DNA from: an uncultured Dehalococcoidia bacterium | Lineage (GTDB): Bacteria > Chloroflexota > Dehalococcoidia > Bin125 | Reading direction: 5' to 3' | Length of the DNA: 64,000 bases | NCBI GenBank assembly: GCA_964347635.1 | Contig: CAYFZI010000005.1 | Coordinates: 4,613 to 68,612, forward strand | Shown: piece by piece, positions 1-11,391 of the stretch | Layout of the letters: each line of letters begins with the position of its first letter | How positions within the stretch are numbered: the first letter of the stretch is position 1 | Notes under the pieces: generated by a model | The model's database searches: none | The model's input: the letters and a program-made list of their open reading frames with translations, nothing else | Told to the model about the DNA's origin: nothing | Translations under genes and position numbers: made by a program

Positions 1-279
1 GGCGTCGATCGCGTCGGTCAGCACGACGCTGAGGCTGCGCGCGACCTGGCCCGGGCTGAGCCGGGCGATGTCGACTCCGTCGAGCAGGACGGCGCCGCCG
101 AGCGGGCGCTGCAGCCCGGCGAGGGTGCGGAGCAGCGTCGATTTGCCCGATCCGTTGGGGCCCAGCAGCGCGGTGCACTGGCCGCGCTCGATCTGCGTGT
201 TGATACCGCTGAGGACGACGGTGGGGCGCCGTCCGCCGTAACCGACGGCGAGTCGGCGGGCGGTGAGGAGTGCGGTCAT
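1..279 (-). CDS. ABC transporter ATP-binding protein (FecE/BtuD-like), 5' part only; runs off the window start
   Basis: Read directly on the minus strand from ATG at 279: [55 protein letters not shown] (Walker A GPNGSGKS). The start overlaps the rnd stop (ATGA). Confidence 0.85.
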   Translation of the reverse strand, partial: MTALLTARRLAVGYGGRRPTVVLSGINTQIERGQCTALLGPNGSGKSTLLRTLAGLQRPLGGAVLLDGVDIARLSPGQVARSLSVVLTDAIDA

Positions 280-1487
280 GAGCGTTCGGCGACGAGCGGC
301 TGCTCGGCGGCGGGGTCGGCGACGCGCAGCGCGACGCGGCCGTTGAGCGCGGCGAGGATCGTGTCGCCGGCGAGCTCGCGGCGCCAGCGGCAGAGCAGGC
401 GCGGGCGCTCGCTGCGCTGCGCGGCGGCGCCGCGGCGGGCCCATTCGATCAGTTCTTGTAGATCGGCGTTGGCGGCCAGCAGCTTGCTGTCGATCTGCTG
501 CTCGGCGCCGAGCGCGTCGAGCAGCGCATCGACAAAGGAGGTCAGGGTACGCGGCGCGGAGGGCTTCTGGTTGGCGCGCTGGGGCAGCTCCGCATCGGGC
601 AGCTGCAGCGCGCGTTCGACGGCCGCCAGGACGGCGGTGCGGTGGCGGCGCGCGAGATCTTCGCAGCCGCGTACGCGCAGTAGGTCGTCCTGCGAGCGCG
701 GAAGCGTCGCGGCGACGGCGACGAGCGCGTCGTCGCGCGCGATGCGTTTGGCCGGCGCGTCGCTTGCCTGCGCGGCCTGGTCCCGCCAAGCGTGCAGCTC
801 GCGCAGCGCGGCGAGGCCGCGGCGGCTCAGCCGCCGCGCGCCGGAGAGCTTGCGCCAGCGCGGCGCTGCTGTGGCGGCTGCGTCGGGTTCGAGCGCGGCG
901 GTGCGCGCCTGGGTTTCCTCGCGCAGCCAGCGGCCGCGGCGGTCGGCGGCGAGGCGGGCGGAGAGCGTCTGGTGCAGCGGCAGCAGCCAGCGGACATCGT
1001 CGACGGCGTAGCGCAGCTGCGAGCGGCTCAGCGGGCGGCGGGTCCAATCGGTGCGCGACTGCGAGGCTGCGGCAGGGGCGTCCAGCTCGCTGCGCACCAG
1101 GGCGCTGTAGGCGATTGGAAAGCGGTGCCCGCAGAAGCCGGCGGCGAGCTGGACATCGAAGAGATTCGCAGGCGGCCGCCCGGTGCGTTCGAGGCAGAAG
1201 CGCGATTCCTGTTCGTGCGCGTGGACGACAGTGATGATCTGCGGATCGGCGGCGGCCTGCCAGATTGGCTGATCCGGCTGCGCGGCGGGCAGCGGGTCGA
1301 TCAGGGCGATCCGGTCGGGCGTAGCGAGCTGGACGAGCGCGAGGCGCGGGCGGTAGCTGCGCTCGGCGATGAACTCGGTGTCGATCGCGAAGATGCGGTG
1401 GCGGCGGATCGAGCCGAGCAGGTCGGCGATCTGTTCGGGCTCAGTGAGCGGTTCGCTGGCGGCGTGCGGCGGCGTATCTGCTGTCAT
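276..1487 (-). CDS. rnd: Ribonuclease D (DEDDy exonuclease plus HRDC domain)
   Basis: [34 protein letters not shown] motifs; HRDC-like LHAWRD..A...D segment. Confidence 0.9.
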   Translation of the reverse strand: MTADTPPHAASEPLTEPEQIADLLGSIRRHRIFAIDTEFIAERSYRPRLALVQLATPDRIALIDPLPAAQPDQPIWQAAADPQIITVVHAHEQESRFCLERTGRPPANLFDVQLAAGFCGHRFPIAYSALVRSELDAPAAASQSRTDWTRRPLSRSQLRYAVDDVRWLLPLHQTLSARLAADRRGRWLREETQARTAALEPDAAATAAPRWRKLSGARRLSRRGLAALRELHAWRDQAAQASDAPAKRIARDDALVAVAATLPRSQDDLLRVRGCEDLARRHRTAVLAAVERALQLPDAELPQRANQKPSAPRTLTSFVDALLDALGAEQQIDSKLLAANADLQELIEWARRGAAAQRSERPRLLCRWRRELAGDTILAALNGRVALRVADPAAEQPLVAERS

Positions 1488-1550
1488 GTGGACGGGTCGG
1501 AGTCTACCGCCTGTGTGATAGCGTCAGAGCAAGCGATGGAGGCTGTCGGC

Positions 1551-1667
1551 GTGAAGGTTCGAGCATCGGTCAAGAAGCGCGCGCGGGGGGACCAGATCGT
1601 CCGCCGCAAGGGCCGCGTATACATCATCAACAAGCGTAATCCGCGCAACAAGCAGCGTCAGGGTTAG
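1551..1667 (+). CDS. rpmJ: 50S ribosomal protein L36, zinc-independent (C-minus) type
   Basis: GTG start after GGAGG; [38 protein letters not shown] has the L36 pattern with no Cys/His zinc ligands. Confidence 0.93.
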   Translation: MKVRASVKKRARGDQIVRRKGRVYIINKRNPRNKQRQG

Positions 1668-1706
1668 CGGCTGGCCGCGCTCGGCCGGGCGGGCATAGGC
1701 GGGCAG

Positions 1707-2642
1707 ATGCTGCGCGCGGCGATGATCCGATTGTCGCGGGAGGACCGGATCGGCGCGGCGCTGGAGCGTTCGAGCGCCGGCCGTGCATTGGTGGCTCGCT
1801 TTGTCGCCGGCCCCAGCCACCGCGACGCGCTGCAGGCGGCGCAGCAGCTCAGCGGGGAGGGCTGCGCAGCGGCGCTGGCGCTGCTTGGCGAGGATGTCGG
1901 CGAGGCGCGCGCGGCTGAGGCGGCGGCGCAGGAATATCTCGATCTGATCAGCGCGATCGGCGCTGCCGAGGGCGGTCTCGACGTGCGCGCCGCGGTGAAG
2001 CCGAGCCTGCTCGGTTTGCCGATCTCGTTCGAGACGGCGCGCGAACACTTGCTGGCTGTCGTCGATGCGGCCGCCGCCGCGGGCCTGTGGGTGGAGCTCG
2101 ACATGGAGGGCTCGGCGGCGGTGGACGACACGCTGGCGCTGTACCGGGAGGCGTCGACGCGCTCCGAGCGGACCGCGGTCGCGCTGCAGGCGTATCTGCG
2201 CCGCACGCCTGAGGATCTGGCGGGGTTGATCGAGCAGGGCATCGCGCGGGTGCGGCTGGTCAAAGGCGCCTATGCGGAGCCGCGGGCGGTGGCGCTGCAC
2301 GATGCGGACCAAATTCGCCGCGCCTACCGCGGGGCGCTCGAGCAGCTCTGTTCGCGCCCCTCGCTGGCGGCCGGCGGCTGGGTGGGGGTGGCGACGCATG
2401 ATCCGCGGCTGCACCGCGCGGCGCAGCGGCTGGTCGGCGAACGCGGGGTGGAGGCGGCGGCCTGGGAGTTTCAGCTGCTCTACGGCGTGCGCCCGCAGCT
2501 GCAGCGCGAACTCGCCGCGCGCCGCGCGCGGGTGCGCGTTTCCGCGCCCTACGGCGAACACTGGTACCCCTACTTCGTGCGCCGAATCGGCGAACGCCCC
2601 GCCAATGCGCTGTTCGCGCTGCGCGCGCTGGCCGGGTTCTGA
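1707..2642 (+). CDS. Monofunctional proline dehydrogenase
   Basis: RFVAG, LGE, LDME, LQAYLRRT, RLVKGAY.EP, ATHD, FQLLYG, PYG..WYPYF.RR..ERPAN motifs. Confidence 0.9.
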   Translation: MLRAAMIRLSREDRIGAALERSSAGRALVARFVAGPSHRDALQAAQQLSGEGCAAALALLGEDVGEARAAEAAAQEYLDLISAIGAAEGGLDVRAAVKPSLLGLPISFETAREHLLAVVDAAAAAGLWVELDMEGSAAVDDTLALYREASTRSERTAVALQAYLRRTPEDLAGLIEQGIARVRLVKGAYAEPRAVALHDADQIRRAYRGALEQLCSRPSLAAGGWVGVATHDPRLHRAAQRLVGERGVEAAAWEFQLLYGVRPQLQRELAARRARVRVSAPYGEHWYPYFVRRIGERPANALFALRALAGF

Positions 2643-2663
2643 GCGCCGATATGCTGGGCCCTA

Positions 2664-3104
2664 ATGTCTGACGACAATGTCCGCTGGCTGGTCCCGCTGA
2701 GCCAAATCGAGGCTTCCTATGCGGGCGGGACGCTGTTCGGGGCGCGGCTGCAGGAGCTGGAGCGCGGGCGGACGGTGTTCGAGATGCCGATCACGCAGCA
2801 CACCGCGGGCGGGGCGAACGGCGGCGTACACGGTGGGATTCTGGCTTCGCTGGCGGATATCGGAGTGGTCGCAGCGGTGCTGAGCACGTGCCGCGAGGGC
2901 GAGCAGATGCGCGGTACTGCGGAGCTGAACATTTCATACCTGCGGCCGGCCCTGGGAGCGTTCATCCGCGTCGAGTCGCAGGTGATCAAGAAGGGCCGCA
3001 GCCTGGCGGTCGGCGATGTGGACCTCACCAACGATCGCGGAGCGCTGATCGCGAGGGCGCGGGTGACCTATGCGATCGGGAGCAGCGCGGGCGGCGGCCG
3101 CTAG
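2664..3104 (+). CDS. PaaI-family thioesterase (hotdog fold)
   Basis: GGVHGGILASLAD, TAELNISYLRPA, KKGRSLAV. Confidence 0.88.
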   Translation: MSDDNVRWLVPLSQIEASYAGGTLFGARLQELERGRTVFEMPITQHTAGGANGGVHGGILASLADIGVVAAVLSTCREGEQMRGTAELNISYLRPALGAFIRVESQVIKKGRSLAVGDVDLTNDRGALIARARVTYAIGSSAGGGR

Positions 3105-3214
3105 CGAGCTGCCCGCGGCGCTGCGCTGAGCGCGGGCGCCCAGTTACCGTAACGGACGTTATCGAGGCAGGCAGCCTCGACAGCAACACACCTGAACCGA
3201 AGAACAGGAGAGCT

Positions 3215-3618
3215 ATGCAGCGTATGGTGCAACTGAGAGGGCACGGGCGCGGTACCGCCTTGATCATACTGCTCAGTACCGCTGCCGCTGCTTGGACGTC
3301 TCGTGGAGCGGCATCGCCATGCACGCGCAGGGCAGCCAAACCTACCCGTTCACCATCTTCCTGAACCGCAACGCTCCTGCTGAAGCCGACATCATTGCAG
3401 CGCTGAGCGAAGGCGGGAACGCGATCGGCATACGGGTGCGCCCCGCAGCGGCCTGTGCTGACATCGATCCCGCCACCAATCACAGCTCACTCTGCCCTGC
3501 GGATTCCGAGCGGGCCGGCTCCCTGGCGCTGCGGGGCAAGAAGAGCAAGATCTCCTACATGCGGTTCGAGGGCGGCAATATGGCGGAGTGGGCCGCCTCC
3601 GCCTGCACGACCCGCTAG
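3215..3618 (+). pseudogene. Possible frameshifted or remnant gene for a small secreted protein
   Basis: AGGAG RBS and ATG at 3215 give a signal-like start (ALIILLSTAAAA). The reading continues in another frame (ORF 3292..3618: VSWSGIAMHAQGSQTYPFTIFLN...). No recognisable domain. Confidence 0.3.
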
Positions 3619-3744
3619 CAGGAGAGCTGCCGAAGGCAGAGGGAGAGAGGGGCGCAGACATGACCGAGACGGGAACTCCGCCTGCCGCTCATTGGCGCAG
3701 GTTCGGCGCGGCAGTCCAGGTCTGACGGGAGACGGCGGCGGCTA

Positions 3745-4692
3745 ATGGGTAGTGCACTCGAAGGTGTGCTCGGATTGGATGCGGCGGCGGGCGCGCTGCA
3801 GGAGTGCGGGATTGCGGCACGGGTGGCGGCGCTGCGGCGCTTGGACGGCGGAGTCTCCAATCTCACCTGGCGGCTCGAGCTGGCCGACGGGGCGGCGGTG
3901 GTGCTGCGCGCGGAGCGCGAACGGGGGATTTTCCAGCCCTACGATGTGCTGCGCGAGGCGCGGGTGCTGCGCGCGCTGCGGGGCACGGCGGTGCCGGTGC
4001 CCGCGGTGCTCGGCGAGTCCGCGCGCTCGGCGGCGCTCGGCGCGGCCTGCATCGTGATCGAGTGGATCGATGCACCGCATATGGGCGAGGCGCGGATGAC
4101 CGCCGGGCTGCTCGATGCCTACCGCGCTGCGGTGGACGCAATTCACGCGGTCGACTGGCTGGCCGCGGGGCTGGCCTTTCTCGATCCGCCCGCGCCCGGC
4201 GTACAGGCCGCGGAGCGCGACCTAGACGCGGTGCATGCGCGGGCCGCCGCGTTCGGCTGCGCGGACGACCCGTTCATCACCGAGCTGGCCGCCGCCGCGC
4301 GCGGCGCGCGGCCCAACAGCCCTGCGCCGCGGCTCTGCCACGGCGATATCAACGTCTACAACTACCTGGTCGGCAGCGGCGGCGGGATCTGCGCGGTGGT
4401 CGATTGGGAGCAGGCGCAGCTTGGCGATCCGCTCTCCGATTGGGGCTTGATCTGCGCTTTGAGCGGGCTGCGCGGGAGCGCCGAAGCGCCGGAGCAGATG
4501 CCGCTGGTGCGCTCCTCGCTGATCGCCGCCGGGCGCTCCGCGGGCGACCTGCGCTACTGGACGCTGCACCAGCTCTACAAACTGGCGGTGATCCACCGCA
4601 TCTGGTCGGAGATCGGCGATGCGCCGCCCTGGTACACATGGGCGGATGTCGAGCGGGTTGGCCGAGCGTCACTGCGGCGGCTCAGCCGCTGA
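3745..4692 (+). CDS. APH/ACAD10-like phosphotransferase family protein
   Basis: GGVSNLTW, DVLREARVL.AL, LCHGDINVYN, VVDWE..QLGDPLSD. Confidence 0.88.
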   Translation: MGSALEGVLGLDAAAGALQECGIAARVAALRRLDGGVSNLTWRLELADGAAVVLRAERERGIFQPYDVLREARVLRALRGTAVPVPAVLGESARSAALGAACIVIEWIDAPHMGEARMTAGLLDAYRAAVDAIHAVDWLAAGLAFLDPPAPGVQAAERDLDAVHARAAAFGCADDPFITELAAAARGARPNSPAPRLCHGDINVYNYLVGSGGGICAVVDWEQAQLGDPLSDWGLICALSGLRGSAEAPEQMPLVRSSLIAAGRSAGDLRYWTLHQLYKLAVIHRIWSEIGDAPPWYTWADVERVGRASLRRLSR

Positions 4693-4786
4693 GCCGCTCG
4701 CTGTGCGGCTCGACGCTGCGCAGCTCTCCTCTCCGCCTGAGCGGGGGCGGCGTTACAACGGTTTCTTCGGCGGGCAGGCCTTTCAA

Positions 4787-6142
<1,356 letters not shown>

Positions 6143-6189
6143 ATCGGCGGGCTGTCCGCGGGCTTGTCCCTGAGGCGCATTAGCTCTCG

Positions 6190-6405
6190 TTAGCTCTCGA
6201 TGGTGACGAGCAGGTCGCCTTCCTGGACCTGGTCGCCCTGCGCGATGTGCACCTGGGCGACGGAGCCGGCGACGGGCGCTTCGACGGGGATTTCCATCTT
6301 CATCGATTCGAGGATCACGAGCTCGTCGCCCTCCTCGACGTTGTCGCCCTGTTCGATGAGCAACTCAAAGATGGTGCCGGTCATCGGCGACTTGACCTCT
6401 GCCAC
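6190..6405 (-). CDS. Stand-alone biotin carboxyl carrier protein
   Basis: 71 aa biotinyl domain with ESMKM biotinylation motif. Confidence 0.92.
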   Translation of the reverse strand: MAEVKSPMTGTIFELLIEQGDNVEEGDELVILESMKMEIPVEAPVAGSVAQVHIAQGDQVQEGDLLVTIES

Positions 6406-6526
6406 GGATCACACCCCCTCGATCGCTGGTTTATTCGCGTGCGCGCACAACCGCGTACAGTATGGCGCGGCGGGCGGTTAGCCGCTTGCGGCTGGGCAGC
6501 GGGAAGCGGGGGAGTAGGCTCGGGGC

Positions 6527-6736
6527 ATGCGCAGAGAACTGGTGGAGATCCTCGTTTGCCCGGTGACGCACGAGCGGCTGGAGCTCGTGGTGGAGCAGGA
6601 GGCGGAAGACGGCGAGGTGATTCGCGGCTACCTCTATGCGAAGTCGCTCGATTTCCGCTACCCGATTGAGGACGGCATCCCGAATCTGCTGCCGCCGGAG
6701 ATGCAGGATGCGGCCCGGGAGCGCGCCGCCGAGTAG
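6527..6736 (+). CDS. Trm112-family protein
   Basis: LVEILVCPV...YPIEDGIPNLLP signature. Confidence 0.88.
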   Translation: MRRELVEILVCPVTHERLELVVEQEAEDGEVIRGYLYAKSLDFRYPIEDGIPNLLPPEMQDAARERAAE

Positions 6737-6804
6737 CGGCAGCGACAGAAGCGCAGTGCGCCTGAGCGCGGGGCGCTGCTAGGCTCGAACAACTGCGACG
6801 GTTG

Positions 6805-6838
6805 GACTTTAATCCGGTCCGGCGAGGCCGGGAAGGAC
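6805..6838 (+). promoter_or_regulatory. PyrR-binding RNA loop overlapping the pyrR Shine-Dalgarno
   Basis: CTTTAATCCGGTCCGGCGAGGCCGGGAAGGA matches the known PyrR site pattern (CUUUAA..RGUCCnGnGAGGY..GAAGG) and lies directly upstream of the pyrR ATG at 6844. Confidence 0.8.
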
Positions 6839-6843
6839 ACCGC

Positions 6844-7425
6844 ATGGCCCGACGCCGACTCTGCGCAGCGCCGAACTCTGTGCTCGATCAGGCAGGTATC
6901 AGGCGCGCGTTGACGCGGATCGCGCATGAGATTGTCGAGCGCCATCCGGGCCCCGAGCCGCTGGCGCTGGTGGGGATGCAGACGCGCGGAGCGCCGCTGG
7001 CGGAGCGGCTGGCGGTGCAGATCGAAGTGATCGACGGCCGCCGAATTGCGGCCGGGGCGATCGACAACAGCCTCTACCGAGACGATCTGGCGCGGCGCGG
7101 CACAGCGCGCATCCAGCCCAGCCGGATCCCCGTCGATATCGAGGGCTCGGTGATCGTGCTGGTGGACGACGTATTGTTCACAGGCCGATCAATTCGGGCG
7201 GCGCTCGATGCGCTGATCGACTACGGGCGGCCGGCGGCAATCGAGCTGGCTGTGCTGATCGATCGCGGGCACCGCGAGCTGCCGATCCGCGCCGACTACG
7301 TGGGCAAGAATCTGCCCACGCGGCGCAGCGACGACGTGCGCGTGCGGCTGGAAGAGGTCGACGGGATCGACGAAGTGGTCGTGCGGTCGGCGCCGATCGA
7401 CTTGCGGCCGGCCGAGCGGAGTTGA
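6844..7425 (+). CDS. pyrR: Bifunctional pyr operon regulator / uracil phosphoribosyltransferase
   Basis: [52 protein letters not shown]. Confidence 0.96.
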   Translation: MARRRLCAAPNSVLDQAGIRRALTRIAHEIVERHPGPEPLALVGMQTRGAPLAERLAVQIEVIDGRRIAAGAIDNSLYRDDLARRGTARIQPSRIPVDIEGSVIVLVDDVLFTGRSIRAALDALIDYGRPAAIELAVLIDRGHRELPIRADYVGKNLPTRRSDDVRVRLEEVDGIDEVVVRSAPIDLRPAERS

Positions 7426-8459
7426 ACGCGGCCGTGGAGCGCACACTATCGATCGCGGCAGCGCCCGAGGTGCCGCCCAGCGCGGCCGCCAACGCGCAGC
7501 CCTGGCGGCACCGCCACCTGCTCGATGTGGACGGCTTGGAGCGAAGCGAGATCGAGCAGGTGCTGGAGACGGCGCGGGCGATGCAGGAGGTGCTGGATCG
7601 ACCGGTCGCGCGCACGCCGGCGCTGCGCGGGGTCACGGTCTGCAATCTGTTCTACGAGGCAAGCACGCGCACGCGGGCGTCGTTTGAGCTGGCCGGTAAG
7701 GTGCTGGGCGCGGATGTGATCAACGTCAGCGCCGGCGGTTCGAGCGTCGAAAAGGGCGAATCGCTGGTCGACACGGTGAAGACGATCGCGGCGGTGGGGG
7801 CGGACGTAGTGGTGATGCGGCATCCCGCCTCGGGCGCGCCGTACCTGGCCGCAGAAACGATCGGGGCCGCGGCGCACGTGATCAACGCCGGCGACGGGCA
7901 GCATGCACACCCGACGCAGGCGCTGCTGGACGCCTACATCCTGCAGAACGCGTTCGGGCGTCTGGACGGCCGGCGGGTGGTGATCGTGGGCGATGTGCTG
8001 CACTCACGGGTCGTGCGCTCAAACATATGGGCGCTGACGCGGCTCGGAGCGGATCTGACGCTGGTCGCGCCGCGCCCGCTGCTGCCCGCCTGGCTGGCGC
8101 GCGGTGCGGAAGAGCGGGAGCACCCGCTGGCGCTGCCCAACGTGTCCTGCGAATCGGATTTAGACCGGGCGATCGCAGGGGCGGATGCGGTGATGGCGCT
8201 GCGGCACCAGCGCGAGCGGATGCGCGGGGAGCTGCTGCCCTCGACTGCGGAATATGCGCGCCGCTATCAGCTGACCGCCGAGCGCCTGGCGGCCGCCGCA
8301 CCGCACGCGGTGGTGATGCATCCAGGCCCGATGAATGAGGGGGTGGAGATCGCCTCTGAAGTGGCGCACGGCTGCCAGAGTCGGATCGAGGCGCAGGTCG
8401 CGGCAGGGCTGGCGGTGCGGATGGCGGTGCTGTTCCTGCTCGTGCGGGGGGCGCCGTGA
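7422..8459 (+). CDS. pyrB: Aspartate carbamoyltransferase catalytic subunit
   Basis: [43 protein letters not shown]; TTG start coupled to the pyrR stop. Confidence 0.95.
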   Translation: MNAAVERTLSIAAAPEVPPSAAANAQPWRHRHLLDVDGLERSEIEQVLETARAMQEVLDRPVARTPALRGVTVCNLFYEASTRTRASFELAGKVLGADVINVSAGGSSVEKGESLVDTVKTIAAVGADVVVMRHPASGAPYLAAETIGAAAHVINAGDGQHAHPTQALLDAYILQNAFGRLDGRRVVIVGDVLHSRVVRSNIWALTRLGADLTLVAPRPLLPAWLARGAEEREHPLALPNVSCESDLDRAIAGADAVMALRHQRERMRGELLPSTAEYARRYQLTAERLAAAAPHAVVMHPGPMNEGVEIASEVAHGCQSRIEAQVAAGLAVRMAVLFLLVRGAP

Positions 8460-9799
8460 GCGGCGCCGATCTGCTCGTGCGCGGCGGGCGGCTGATCGAT
8501 CCCTCGGCCGCTCTCGATGCAGTGCTCGATCTGCGCATCCGCGCGGGGCGCGTGGCGGAGCTTGGCGCCGAGCTGGCGGCGGGCGGCGGAGAGCGGCAGA
8601 TCGACGCGTCCGGCCTCGTGGTGGCGCCGGGCTTCGTCGATCTGCACACGCACCTGCGCGTGCCCGGCGAGGAGCACAAGGAGACGATGGCGACAGGCAC
8701 GGCGGCCGCAGCGCGGGGCGGCTTTACGACCGTCTGCGCGATGCCGAATACCGTGCCGCCGGTGGACACGCCGCCGATGGTGGCGAGTGTGCTCGAAGCG
8801 GCGCGCGGAGCCTCCGCGCGGGTGCTGCCGATTGGCGCGGTGACTGTCGGCCGGCGCGGGCGCGAGCTGGCCGAGCTGGCCGCTATGCGCGAGGCCGGTG
8901 CGGTGGCAGTCTCCGACGATGGGGACGCAGTGGCCGATGCAGGGGTGGCGCGGCGGGCGTTTGAATATCTGGCCGACCTCGATCTGCCGCTGGCCGAGCA
9001 CTGCGAGGATCCGCTGCTCTCAGCGGGCGGGGTGATGCACGAAGGGGCGGTCTCGGCGCGGCTGGGGCTGCGCGGGCAGCCGGCTGCAGCGGAGCTGAGC
9101 ATTGTGGAGCGCGATATCGCGCTGGCAGAAGCAGCGGGCGCGGCGCTGCACTGCTGTCATCTTTCGACCGCCGCCGCCTTGGAGGCGGTCGAGCGCGCCC
9201 GCGCCCGCGGGCTGCGGGTGACTGCAGAGGTGACGCCGCACCACCTCTGGCTGGACCACGCGGCGGTCGCCGGCTGCGGGCAGCCGCTGCGCTACGACAC
9301 GGCCGCGAAGGTGAACCCGCCGCTGCGTACGCGGGCGGATGTCGAGGCCTGCATCGCTGCGCTGGCGGCCGGCGTGGTCGATGCGGTGGCGACCGATCAC
9401 GCGCCGCATGCGGCGCCCGACAAGCATTGCGAGTTCGACGCGGCGGCGTTTGGAATCTCCGGTTTGGAGAGTGCCTGGGGGGTGGTCGGTTCGCTCGTTG
9501 CAGCCGGGCGGCTGACGCTGATGCAGGCGCTCGAGCGGCTGACGATCGGCCCGGTGCGGGCCTGGGGATTGGACCGCCGCACAATGCCCGCGGGCGAAGA
9601 CCTGCGCGGCCTGGGCACGCTCCAGCCGGGCGCGCCCGGCGATGCCGTGCTGCTCGCGCCCAACCTCGAGACGGTCGTGGACCCGGCCCGCTGGGCCTCG
9701 CGGGGCAAGAACACACCCCTGGCCGGCGCGCGGTTGACGGGCGCGGCGGCGGTAACGCTGCTGCGCGGGCGGTTGGTCTGGGACGGGCGGGAATCGTGA
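8456..9799 (+). CDS. pyrC: Dihydroorotase
   Basis: DLHTHLRVPG, AMPNT, EHCED, KVNPPLR, ATDHAPH; position in the pyr operon. Confidence 0.95.
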   Translation: MSGADLLVRGGRLIDPSAALDAVLDLRIRAGRVAELGAELAAGGGERQIDASGLVVAPGFVDLHTHLRVPGEEHKETMATGTAAAARGGFTTVCAMPNTVPPVDTPPMVASVLEAARGASARVLPIGAVTVGRRGRELAELAAMREAGAVAVSDDGDAVADAGVARRAFEYLADLDLPLAEHCEDPLLSAGGVMHEGAVSARLGLRGQPAAAELSIVERDIALAEAAGAALHCCHLSTAAALEAVERARARGLRVTAEVTPHHLWLDHAAVAGCGQPLRYDTAAKVNPPLRTRADVEACIAALAAGVVDAVATDHAPHAAPDKHCEFDAAAFGISGLESAWGVVGSLVAAGRLTLMQALERLTIGPVRAWGLDRRTMPAGEDLRGLGTLQPGAPGDAVLLAPNLETVVDPARWASRGKNTPLAGARLTGAAAVTLLRGRLVWDGRES

Positions 9800-10899
9800 G
9801 CGAAGCGGCGCTGGTGCTGGCGGACGGGAGCGTGTTTCGCGGCCAGGCGCTGGGCGCGGCGGGCGATACATGGGGCGAGGTGGTGTTCAACACGTCGATG
9901 ACGGGTTACCAGGAGATGCTGACGGACCCTTCGTATGCGGGGCAGATTTTGGTCCTCACGTATCCGCTGATTGGCAACTACGGGATTGATCCGCCGATCG
10001 ACGAGAGCGCGCAGGTGCAGGTGCGGGGCCTCGTCGTGCGAAGCGAGTGCGACTCGCCGAGCCACCCGCGGGGCGGGATGCGGCTGGATTCCTATCTGCA
10101 GGCGGCTGGTATTCCGGGCCTGGCGGGGGTCGATACGCGGGCGATCACGCGGCGGATTCGGCACGAGGGGGTGATGCTGGGGCTGATTGTGCCGGCCGCC
10201 GAAGCGGAGTCGGCGCGCCGCCGGATCGCCGCGCTGCCGTCCTACGACAGCCTCGACTTCATCAATGTCGGCGCGGAGTCGGCCTACAGCTGGGACGGGG
10301 CGCGGGTTCCGCTGGAAACTGCGCGGCGCGGCGAAGCAGCGCACATCGTGGTGCTCGATCAGGGCCTCAAATACAACATTCTGCGCAACCTGCGCCGGCG
10401 CGGCTGCCGCGTGACGGCGGCGCCGCCCGACAGCGGCGTCGAAGACATCCTCGCGCTGGCGCCCGACGGCGTGCTGCTGGCGCCCGGCCCCGGCGATCCG
10501 GCGCTGCGCGAGCTGCAGGTGCGGACGGCGGCAGGGCTGATTGGGCGGACGCCGCTGATGGGCATCTGCCTGGGCCACCAGGTGATTGCGCGGGCCTTGG
10601 GCGCGGATACATACAAGCTGAAGTTCGGCCACCGGGGCGGCAACCACCCAGTGCGGGAATTGGCGACGGGGCAGATCGCGATCACGGCGCAGAATCACGG
10701 TTACGCGGTCGATCCGGCCGGGCTCGCTGCCGATGCCGAGGTGACGCACATCAACGTCCACGATCAGACGGTCGAGGGGCTGCGGCACCGCTCGGAGCCC
10801 GTCTTCTGCATTCAGTACCACGCTGAGGCATCGCCCGGGCCGCTCGATAACGGGCATTTGTTCGACCGATTTTTGCGACTGATTGCGGAGGTCGGCTGA
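9796..10899 (+). CDS. carA: Carbamoyl-phosphate synthase small subunit
   Basis: GTG at 9796; GEVVFNTSMTGYQE..TDPSY.GQI, GICLGHQ, FGHRGGNHPV, QYHAEASPGP. Confidence 0.96.
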   Translation: MSEAALVLADGSVFRGQALGAAGDTWGEVVFNTSMTGYQEMLTDPSYAGQILVLTYPLIGNYGIDPPIDESAQVQVRGLVVRSECDSPSHPRGGMRLDSYLQAAGIPGLAGVDTRAITRRIRHEGVMLGLIVPAAEAESARRRIAALPSYDSLDFINVGAESAYSWDGARVPLETARRGEAAHIVVLDQGLKYNILRNLRRRGCRVTAAPPDSGVEDILALAPDGVLLAPGPGDPALRELQVRTAAGLIGRTPLMGICLGHQVIARALGADTYKLKFGHRGGNHPVRELATGQIAITAQNHGYAVDPAGLAADAEVTHINVHDQTVEGLRHRSEPVFCIQYHAEASPGPLDNGHLFDRFLRLIAEVG

Positions 10900-10902
10900 T
10901 GA

Positions 10903-11391
10903 ATGGGATGGATGGAGGCTGCGCCAGTGGCTGATCAGAAGCCGACCTACCGACGCGCCGCAGCGGGCGACGCGGCAGCGGTTGCGGCCGTGATCCGTGA
11001 TGTCGTGGAGGGCCCGAACCCGGTCGTGTTCGACCGTCCCTGGAGCGCGGCCGAGGTCGCCTCCTGGATGTCGCGGCTGGGCGAGAGCGGGGCGCTGTGG
11101 GTGGCGGAGGCGGGCGAAGACGGCGCCGTGATTGGATTCGGGGCGCTGGATTTCAACACCCAGCAGCCGGAGACGGCGACGCTGGGGGTGTGGCTGCGCT
11201 CGCAGTGGCGGCGGCGCGGCATTGGCACGGTGCTCGCCGAGTATCTGCTCGCGCACGCGCGCGAACAAGGCTTCCGCCGGATTGTGGGCAGCCTGCCGGA
11301 AAATAACGAAGCGGCGCTCTCGTTCCTCAGCTCGATCGGAGCGCTGACGCCCTTGCTCAACCCCGAATCGCGCTTCGAGCTGCCGCTGTGA
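10903..11391 (+). CDS. GNAT-family N-acetyltransferase
   Basis: Acetyl-CoA motif A ([10 protein letters not shown]) and N.AAL motif B; overlaps the carB start. Confidence 0.85.
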   Translation: MGWMEAAPVADQKPTYRRAAAGDAAAVAAVIRDVVEGPNPVVFDRPWSAAEVASWMSRLGESGALWVAEAGEDGAVIGFGALDFNTQQPETATLGVWLRSQWRRRGIGTVLAEYLLAHAREQGFRRIVGSLPENNEAALSFLSSIGALTPLLNPESRFELPL

